Shown here in pieces: positions 1 through 11,200 of a DNA stretch of 64,000 bases. The position numbers were made by a program, and so were the translations under genes. Under the pieces are notes generated by a model. The model was not told the origin of the DNA, ran no database searches, and saw nothing but the letters and a program-made list of their open reading frames with translations. The DNA comes from Lingula anatina. Taxonomy: Eukaryota > Animalia > Brachiopoda. Location: NCBI GenBank assembly GCA_051362555.1, contig CM120645.1, forward strand, positions 15,748,001-15,812,000. The letters are read 5' to 3'. How positions within the stretch are numbered: position 1 is the stretch's first letter; each line of letters starts with the position of its first letter.

Positions 1-1504
1 TCCTTTCACAAAGATTTCACTGCAGAAATGGTGAATCAACGTCCATAAATCTGAGCACTCAATGAAACACCACTGGTCACCAAACTGGACATGAATTCAG
101 GAAAATCAAAATGCTATGAACTAGACAACCAGTCTGCCACCTTAAATACCACGCCTTCCTTCTGGTAATTATTTCTGTTAACTGGACATTCCAATGGGAT
201 GAAATATTAGATAAACTTGTGTTTGATATCATGTGATACCTGACCCAATCCTGATCTCTTCAACTAGATTAATAGGTGAGATATATAATTATCCGTCTGT
301 GAGCCAAAATAATATTAATAACCTTCCTCTTTTGCTATCAATTTCTCCCTGTCAGGAAAAGTTACATATCGCTTGGTCTAAATATGGAGCTAATTTTACT
401 GCGGGTAAAATTGTTTGTCTTCAATGAGAATAATAAATATGCCCCATATATGTTGAAACTTCAGTGTAGAGCATTCAAACTACCAGCAGGTTTTCCCCAC
501 ATATGTATGGATGGTTTGGGTGAATTCTAATGTATAAAGGTTTTGTAGGATATAAAAGTGCATATCCATTCTAACCAAATTGATAAAAAATAAATAAATA
601 AATAAACAATACTAAAATTTAACAGCAAACAAGTCCATAAATTTTACTTTATGCATAGAAAAAAAATAAACATTTTTTATCAACCCTGGGTTTATATATC
701 AGCGCACCACCCCACCCCACCCACTTTTCTTTCTCTTCAAGCTATCATTTAGAGAGCAATCAAGTTCTCCAGCTGTAAGGTATGAGCAGTATTATATCTG
801 TATACTCTGAAAGTGCATGCTGAGATATTATGTAGGGAAATATTGGTAATATCCATATTTATCCTGGAAAGGAGAAAGGAAGGAGAAACAAGGTAATGCA
901 ATATAATGGTAGGTTTCTTTTATACAAATAAATAGCTATATTGGGAAGGTTATAGGTGAAGACATGGGGTATATTTCTGACACAACCTCATTTGAAGTTC
1001 ACAGACATTTAATAATTTTGGTGTTATATAACAGGAACCAAAAATTAAGTAGCCCCACCAGGTAAATTACAATGAAAGCCCTGTAATTATTGTAGCATAT
1101 AGCGCATTTATCGACAAACCCCTCCCAATTGTTGTAAGTGGTTTGAAAGCCCCTGGCCCCATAGCTGTTAGGTAACTATTAATACATATTGGGTAGGAAG
1201 AAAGAAATACAAGTATTAATATATGCTGATCCATGCTTTGTTCTCTGCCTTCCATATAATATGATAGTTCGTATTATTCGAAAATAAAATAAATGAAGAA
1301 TATAAATAAAACAAGGCACAGTAAGCAATGATAAAGGTAGAGGAGAGGAGGGAATTTGTATGTCTCGTGTATTTGCATGCTTGAATATCTACTATTCTGC
1401 TTCTCAGGCATATCTCTGGATATAAAGCACAATAAAATAAATATATGTCCATATGTACATTGTACATCTATAAGACAGGATTGAGCTCAGAGGCTCATAC
1501 TTAC

Positions 1505-1519
1505 TAAGTCCTTCTATGT
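1505..1519 (-). CDS. FLNA: Candidate 15-nt microexon within repeat 17 (DIEGL)
   Basis: ctttttacttacttttacag|ACATAGAAGGACTTA|gtaagt; phase 1-1, no stop in that frame. Confidence 0.7.
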
Positions 1520-2143
1520 CTGTAAAAGTAAGTAAAAAGTCTTTGTTTTCTGTACAATATTAATATTTTGATGTTGTCCTGGTTATCTTGTTGTTGTCTT
1601 AGGGTGTTTTTAGCCTTAAGTTTTAGTTACAAGATGTCCTAACTGAACTTGGTAAGACAAAAGAGAAACAGGCCTGTCACATTCTTACAAAAATTAAATG
1701 AAAAAATCTTAAAACTGCCTTGGCCAAATTAATATCAGAAATATTTTTCTAGTGCCCACTGCCCTTCCTTTAATAGTCATAAAGAATTGTTAAAATATAT
1801 ATTTTGGTTGCTAGGTGACATTTAAAATAAAAGAAAAATTTTACTAGGTGGTAAACTGTGACTTGGACCTATATACCTATATTTTAATTCTAATTTAAGA
1901 AAAAAAAAAGGCAGCTTTTATTAATGCCTTACTGAGGTAGATATTTGACTGCATTGTGTTACACACCAGCATGAGCCTGAAACTATACACTAATTAACAT
2001 AAACCTGATTACAATCAACAATCTTAGTTGATTCACCTTTCACAGAAACCTGCTGTGTCCTTTCTAAAGCCAAATGTCTATACCGAAAGTACCTGGGAAT
2101 CCAGATATAATTTTTTTTCATTTATTATGAACCTATTCCATAC

Positions 2144-2272
2144 CTGCTCCAGCTTCCTTGGTATTGATGGTAAAGTTGGCTGCCTCTCCCACGGCACCAT
2201 GGCTAAGACCAGGACCATACGCTGTGACAAAGCCACTGTTCACATTGTCAACATGGAACTTGAATGGGCTGC
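2144..2272 (-). CDS. FLNA: Filamin exon: repeat 16 end and repeat 17 start ([43 protein letters not shown])
   Basis: ttccag| ... |gtatgg, 129 nt, phase 1-1. Confidence 0.95.
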
Positions 2273-5200
2273 CTGGAATCACAGAGGAAAAAAAAAATAG
2301 GTAAAATGTGTTAGTTGAGATGATGGTACAACCAATGCAATGACTGTCTACAGTATTTAGAAGTAAACACAATGTAGTAAGGTTACCAACACTTTTCTCT
2401 GAATGAGTTTAATTTAATGTTTATCATATGATCAGCAACAAAATAAATCCTGAAAGAAATGATTACGCAAAGAGTACTGACAAAAAATGGCTACACGAAT
2501 AAAAATAATGGTAATTAAGTTATCAGACAATTTCATTTATATTATATTATGAACCTTTAAGTTGTGTATATGTTTGTGCATGCATGAATGTGTGTATGTG
2601 TGGCACCAGACAAAAATTGGGAGGAATACAAAATGATATATATTTCATTCTTATCATCACACACCCTAATTAATTACTTGACCAACATCAGACACTTTAT
2701 GCTACACCTTGTGCTTTGTACACATAACTGATGACACCCTCTCAGAGTTGCCCCCCTCTCTACTACCTTATGTGCGCTTTACTTACATATTATTATATAA
2801 GCGCTAAAAAGAAATGCAAAAATGGCAAATAATTTTATGTTGGGGCACTTTATTAATGGCTGGTGTTGTTAATATGGGTAGTTGTGCTCACAAATCTGAG
2901 GTTTGAGTTAGGAAACACTTAATCCATTTATAAGGCCTGTAAAAGTTAATCTACATTTTTCAGCAAAGATGCATATCTTCAAATCATCTACACAAACCTA
3001 CTCCATTTTAACAGAAACAGAGAAAATAATTTTATCCTTCACCGAGTGCTCAAAAATTTAAACTTCCAACTTTTACTTGCAACATCTTCAATGATTTTTG
3101 GCCCTGTCAAATTTGAATGATAGTATAATCTTAAAAATTGTCATTAATGTTTAAGTACCATGGCAGTTAATGTACTTGTCTAAACATAAAGCCATTTTCT
3201 CACTCTATACATTACTGTATCATCCAACTTTAAAAAAGATTTCTAATTTCTATAGCAGGCATACAGTCAAATGAAAAGGCCAAGTACAGGGAACAAATTA
3301 AGACACAACATACAAATCTATACATATATCAGCCAACTTTTAGTTGCAAATGTTATTTTGTCTGGTAAATCACTGGAGCTTTACCTAGATCAAAGAGCAA
3401 GGTTTTAAATGTTCTAACACTATAAATGACCCTTGGCAAAAAACGCTAAGTTAAACATGAAATATGAGCTGTTCATCGTCACTTAACATGCAATTCACAT
3501 AAAATAAGAACATATTGATATCCCACATCAAGAAAGGTAACATCCAAATCAGACATTTAAGGTCTACTCTAAACTGGTTCAGAACTCCCAGGTTTCATCT
3601 TATCACAGATGTATGGCAGCAAGTTTTATTCTAATAGGTTCACTACATGATCAAGCGCTTTACTTCGGGTGATCGCAATCAATTTTCTTCACTTATTCAT
3701 GCATGCTGTGATCCCTGCAATTCAATTTAAGTCAATATTTTTTTACACAAACTCAAGTCAAGTAAGTAACTTTTTAGTTGCAAGAATAATTTTTAACCAA
3801 AGCAAGGGTTAAAATGTCATAATAAAACATTAAGTTGTTCTTTTTCCTGTTTAACTGAATTAAATAATAAAATCTGCAGTATTTGAAGAAACATCTACTT
3901 GTGACCATGAGCATATTGGGCAATCCGAACATAAATGCACTCCACCAGTTGCAGATTGATTCAGGGGCAGTCCAAATAAGAAAAATGTGAACTTGCCCTA
4001 AGGCAGGGAACCTCAGGTATAGGACAGAAGCAATAAATTACCAGGTAACCTATACCTGTACAAGGGAGATAGTCAAGGGGGAGTGATTCAGATTAATAAA
4101 TTTGAATTAAGCAACTGGAAGTGTTATATCAACCCTGTTGCATACATCAATACTAAGTGAGGTAGAACTTCCTGTGGGGCTTTTGCAGTTGAGGTTAACA
4201 TGATATTAAGATGGATAAGTCTGAATAAATATAACTGTTGATAAAACATGAGCAAACTTGTACCAATGTAAGGCTATCATGCCCTGCAGACCTTTTTAAT
4301 ATTAACTTTTCTTTTTTTGCAGACTATAGTCCGTATACAGCTACAAGAAATTTGGAATACAAAAGCAGCTGCATTGGAGAGGAGGTGGTGCATTATTTCA
4401 AATAGTTTCATTGCAAAGTACTGATTTTTTTTTTTATTTATGTCATAGTGTCTATAGAATATTGGCGTTCATGTCATCATCCTGATAAGAAGGGAGATGA
4501 GATATTTTCATTCTAGATACTGACAGTCATCCACCACAAGAAACAACATCTACCAAACAAACTATCACCGCTTTCCCTAAAACCATTCCATAATACCAAA
4601 GAAACTACAATCTGAAGATGTGCAGCAACCTCTGCTGCCCTTCACTTGTATAGATGAGTAAGTAAATTAATTTACATGTCGAGTTGTTGACAAAGTAAAC
4701 AGCACAATAAAGTGTATGTTAGGTGTGGGGGTGGAGATATCAAATGTGTTGACATTCCTGCTTAGCACAGCTGAATATCAAGGTGGTACCATGTTTTTAT
4801 CAGATTCTTTCATAAAAATAATGATAAAAAGTGATTCATGGTACACCATGGTCATGATCCCTTTATCAGCCATGTTTAGTGCAGTATTCAAGAAGTTGAA
4901 ATATCACAGCAATGAATGATACGTGTTGTTGCATTGTAGATTTTAATGCAAACTGGAGGCACCCAAATTTACCATTTGACTGAATGAAAAAATATTTAAA
5001 AAAACATTTCAAAGTCTTTAAATGCATTTATATACATTTCTGTGTTGCATTCTCTTTATCTGATTATAAGAAAAGCTTCAAAGATAGCACCCCTAATTCT
5101 CTTTTAAACAAGTAAAAAGTGATTTTTTTTAAAGGAAAAATCCATACTGCAAAGGACAATCTAAATTTCTAAATTGGACCATAATCATGCATTTTCAGTG

Positions 5201-8200
5201 AACAAGAATAGTATTTCACCCCCTGAGTCCTCGATCTTCAGGTGGTCCCTCTTATCACCTATCTGAGCACCCCTCAGTAAACCCTCGAGACAGAACTAGA
5301 TCAATAATGATCAGAAAGCCACAATAGATTGCATCAACAAGCCGAATGTTAACCAAACAGTCTCCACTCTGTCCATTGTTAGCCTATGGGACATAATACC
5401 CAGTGTGTAATGTAGGAAGGTATTCAGGTATACAATGCCTACCGCGGCCTGGGGAAACAGCGCAACAAGTTGACAAGGTGTCAGATTTAAAGGTCTTGCT
5501 ACTGGACGTGTTTGCTGTCCCGACCAGAAATTGACCACTGTTTAGTTGTACCAGGGATTAAATATTCAGTCAATCTGGTAGTATATACTAGGTGCTGGCT
5601 AGTGATAGGATATAGAAGGTCAGATATTCACCCTCTACTCAGTTTCCATCTCTACCGTTCTATCTACAATTAAGATCACTATGCTTACTATGGTCGCATT
5701 ACAAAAAAACTATCAAAAAATTTTCCAATTACATTCTGGTAATTTTCACTTTGAAGAGCCCCTAAAAGATTCATCCATTATATCCTAATTTATTTTTTAA
5801 TCACAAGATAAAGACTGGGTATGATTTACAGCAATTTAGATCTTGCTGTCATAATGTACATTGTGCAGACCACACAAACCCAGTTCAGTATAGCTTTAAA
5901 TGTATATGTGTGAATACCCACCACTTTTCTCTTAAAATATCTGATATTATCAGTGGTTCTATTTATTATTTATCAAGTACCACCTTTTCTCAAGAGAGCT
6001 TATATGTACCGTCTAATCAGATCAAGTCACCTTTCCTTCCACAGATCATTGGCTTCATTCTAACCATATAGAGTGGTTGTATCTGTAACTAACACTCATA
6101 CTACATATCCTATCATCCTCTGTATCTATATTACAATTGTAGATGGTTCCCACTTGACAAGAATACTAGAATACAAAGTCCCTTAGTCTCTCTTGAGACT
6201 AGGGCCAATTGATAAGAATCCACAAGTGTTTTCATCAATGAATTAGATAAATGCCATCTTATAGATAGTGATCAGCCTGTGCTATACCTGCTTTTGTGAT
6301 AGTTTTGGATGTCAGCTGGTACTGGGTTATAGTCTCTCCATCCAGAGTTCTGCCAGTCGTAGAATCCAGAATAATAATCCTTTTTCTTAATCTCTGTGAC
6401 TTCACCTGTGACTGTGACATTTTAACAGCCGTTTACCCAAGCACCCATGGTAATAAGGAATAGAAAATACCACACTCCCTGTCTTGGTGATGGAGTATAG
6501 TGCAATGAATATATTGCGGTCTTTTTTTTTTAATGATGGTAGTACTATCAAATAGCAATTCTGTGACAATGTCTATACTGATTTGGGCAATCTTTTGTCA
6601 CACCAAGGAAGATTAAGGGCAGTTTGTCACCCATTGGGTCAAACCGGCTTCCAGCCAGGTAAGAAATATGTGTAATTACGGATACAAAATACAGGTGTCT
6701 TTTTTATATAGAACCATATGTGATTAATTATAATTGAGGTTTTGAGGTTCACCCTGCTGTCAAGGGCACACTTGTTTCAGTCAGGTTGTTCTTTTCAATG
6801 AAAGACCAAAGGCAATAAAAAAAAAATCAGGCTATAATATGGCTTACACTAGCTGTCAGATTTCAATACAAGATATATTCAGTTCACTGGTTCTGCATAA
6901 CAAATAAGTTAAAATAATAATAAAAAAAGACCTTACAAAAACAGAAAAATTCCACCTTTGAGTTTTTCAGTGGATGGATTACATGTGCAATATATATTGG
7001 GTGGAGTAAAAGCAGAACTAAAGGCCAATGTTACTATGTATTTACAAGCCTCAGACAGATACACTGATAACCTCCGTATCTCCCTCACTGTGGTGTGGTA
7101 GAACACAAACAAGATGCAGTTCACCACCTGAACATTGCAGGCTTATCCACCTAATAAAAGTCCAGTAATAATCTATTTCCTTTCCCTTATACCTCACCAC
7201 ACCCAACATAACCCTGGCCAGATCTGTTGTTCTTTTCAATAATGTGTTGTGGGAACTCAAGTGCACAATATACTTCATCCTACCTCTAATTGACGAAACT
7301 CGACTTGTTATCATATGCCCATATTTTCAGACATTTACATTCTCTACCTTACGATGGTGATACACTAGGCATCCCAACCCTCACGTCTCGTCAAACCTTT
7401 ACACAGAATATATCACCCTTTTTCACAGATCATTTCACCCTATTTCCCACTTGCAGGTCGCAAGGCTATACCACTGACAACTGCATGTAATCTGCAGCAG
7501 CACGTTGAACAGAGCTTCACACAGAACACCCACACCCCTCACCATCCAAAATCAACCCCCCCCCCTCCACCCTAACCCCTCCTTCTGGCCTACCTTTCTT
7601 TTTCAGAATGAGTATTGGGTCCTCCGTGGCCATATGTCATTCAGTCATAACCTCGAGATCACCTGTAAGCAGCCCTCCTCCACTCAGCCGGCCAGACTTC
7701 CCCCCTGACTACATGTACACTGACTGAGCTGTGTTATTCTAACACAGGGCCCCCATTCACATTCCAGAACATAGGGTCATCAAGGCAGTGCCCTGTGACA
7801 TGAATAGTGATTGGGACAAGGTGTGAGAGACTGGGGATGGTGTGTAGGTATTCATGTTCCAGGGCACAGAAACCAGTCAGACAGTGCCCTGTGATGGTGA
7901 TAGATAAGAGACTGGGTCTTTTTGGGGAAAGCGGAAGGTGGGTCATTATCCATGTTCCAGGGCATACAATTTGATGGTCAATACTCTATGGTGCAGTTTT
8001 TGAGTTAAGCCCCCTTTACACTGGACGGCGTCCTTTCTGCGTCCAGCAGTACGGTCCCATTTGAGAGTTGAAAAATTATAATACTTTACGTGCCGACAAC
8101 TGGCCGATCATTGAGCATTCATTCTGATACAAAATCAATGCTCGTGCCTCCTTATTAAGACCACAGCGATGCCAAATTTCATGGTCGCAGAAAGGACGCA

Positions 8201-11200
8201 GAAAGGACGCCGTCCAGTGTAAAGGGGGTATTACAGTACACACTGGCAGTCCCATGCAAATTAAAAGTATATAAAAACCCAGTCATGCCCTTTACCATGT
8301 ATAATTGAAAGCAAGACAGCTGAAACTGGTTGTGGAAAAGTCACCCAGGTTCAAGCAGCCAGATAACAGATAACGTGTCACCAGGTCCACCTGTGTGGAA
8401 CCCCTTCAAATTGGGCATTAAGCTCATTAGGGCCAGGACCATGGATGATCAGATGGCAATCTGCAAAAGCTGTACGGCAAATTCTTGATCAGGTATCTCA
8501 GCGGGTTCAATGAAGTTTGTGTTAATGGCTGGTTTATTATTCCAGGGCTGGTGAGTTTGGGAGGGGGGATGTATTGATGAGTATCACCTGAAGGTGTGAT
8601 GCAGAAGGGAAGATGATACTTGAAATGCAGCAATCATTGCTGTTAAGTGTCATCTTTGGTAATTATATGTTCGTAATGACTGGAAATTGATTGTAATTTC
8701 TGAGACCAGTAATTTTAACTGGATTACTTTTGTTCTGGGTCAATCTCTCTCTTGCACCGGTTCAAACATTGTGTAAATTTATTACTATTTCTTTCTTTAT
8801 TTTTTTTTATTTTTATGCACTTCAATATTTAATTATCAAAAATTAAAAATAATCTATGTGGAAGTTAAAATTTTCCTAACTTATCACATTACTGTTTGTC
8901 TGAATATGCCTGAATGTGTTAATAATAATCTACAACAATATATAACCAGATAATACAGAAAAACAATTTTTTTCAACTGATGATCAAGACTTTGATATAC
9001 ACAATTTATGGTGGCTGAAAAATCTCTCTTCATGACTAACATTTTACGGGTGTATCTCGAAATGCAGTGAAACTCGACCATAATAAATCATAGGTGATTC
9101 TCTCTCTACATATCACTGTAAGTTACAATTCTGCACACTTGTAACTGTAATTATCTATTGATTATTTTAAGTTTCTAAGCACTCTCCAATGGCTAATATT
9201 TGCTTCCAACTCCAATCCTCACATTTGCTTCACATTAGTGCCCTTGTAAATGAATGGCAGCAATTACCAAGTGAACATTGGATGAGATAATAAAATTACT
9301 GCCAATGTTGTGTCTGAAACAGTCCATGTTTACAGCCCTATCACTAGTTGTTTTGTCTGGAAGTCTTGATAATATATCACCTATGACACCAAGGGAACCA
9401 AGCAGAATCATGTATTAGTATACACATGTCCACAGAGATAAGGAGAGGATATCTGAGAACCAGTAATTCATTATACTGATGTAAGTTTATATCTCGATCC
9501 TCCTCACTCACTCTTTATAGCAATGCAGCACTTAATATCTAAAAATTCCTCATTAAAAATGTTTCGTGGACTGCATGACCTAGAGGCTGTAATTCCAACA
9601 TAACTTAATATACTATGTGATAAAAATTAGGGCCTCTTCCAACACTCCTTTCGTGTTTATAGCTGTCTCGCATTTTATTTTTTTCAGTTTTGATGACACA
9701 GAGGTGACAGCATCGTAAATTCTGCCCTCTTACTTTCCTCTGACTAATTCAACATCTATATGAGGATTTGATTAATCATAAAACAAATGTCCTATCACAT
9801 CAGTGTCCTCCTATCTGATATAACACAGCCAGAACTATATCTAATATGAAGATAAATTGGCCTTTGTTCGCGCCGACAGGTACCTGATGGTCATATCCAC
9901 TAATGTATCAAGTTATTATCATAACCAGTTCTGGACGCACACCTTCAAGTCATGTTTTATGAACTGAACACTGGACCATCTTGGCCATAGAGACTTATCA
10001 GAGAGGGTGCCATCTGGTGGAATTGTTTGGAACTATATCAAAATACCTAACCTGATATCAGATATTTCAAGTAAAAAGAACACATCAATCTATAAAATAT
10101 TCTAAATTAAAACATCTTATCAAAAAAAAATCTACTTATGTCCATAAGCATGCATTTTTAACAAAAAATATTTAACCACAGGGGAAAATACTATAATAAT
10201 AAAACGAAGAATAATAAATAACAACAACCACAACAACAATAATGATATTATATGAAAAAGAAAGATGAACATAAAACAATACAACAAGGCATCTACCTGG
10301 CACAGGTTGCTTATTGTAGCTAATACACAACTCGTGGCATCCCACTTCTGTTGGTTGATACTGGACTGTCACCGTTCCATTCTTGTTGTCAATAATCGTG
10401 GGCGTAGAGCGTCTTCCCGAAGGCATGATTATCTCAGCTAATATCGAGACAGACAGAAAGAGGGAAAGAACGATAAATAATAATCTGATTTACCTGGAAT
10501 TGGTTGCTTGTTGTACAGGATAGCCAGTTCATGCAAACCAACTTCAGAAGGCTGGTATCGGAGGGTAACAGAACCATCTTTGTTATCAACTATTTCCGGA
10601 CGATGGCTCTTGCCAGAAGGAGTCGTAATCTCAGCTGGAAAATGCAACATGCAGAAAAACCCGTGTCACTAACCATGCTTACATGCAATGCATTGAAACA
10701 TGTTCATACAACACACTGTGTATGAACTGGTGCACTTTAACCAAATCTACAGCAAAAGTATTCAACTAAAATTTTGATAATACTCAAATACAGTTTGTTT
10801 GTTTTTTTTTTTTCTATACACAAAAACCTTTACTATGCACACACATCTACGATGCAAAGATAGTACATTCTATACATGGATAGATGAATAGGTAAGAGAG
10901 ATTCATTGTACTGAAACACTTTATGAATCAGATTTTCACTTGCACCCAATTCTCTAAACATTCAAAACATGCACACCTAAAAACCTCTACTACATTTGAA
11001 GATTACAAGGATACACTTTCTGGTATCCTTTAGTCATTAATATAATTCTTATTGGCTTAAGTTAGTCCTAAAATGTATCATATCTTCATTTTATTATGAT
11101 GAAATGCTATTTCCGAAAACTCCTTTAAATTCCTCAAAAAATTGCTCATAGCATTTTAAAATTTGAAAGATCCAAAAGTTACCATAATCTAATGTTCATT

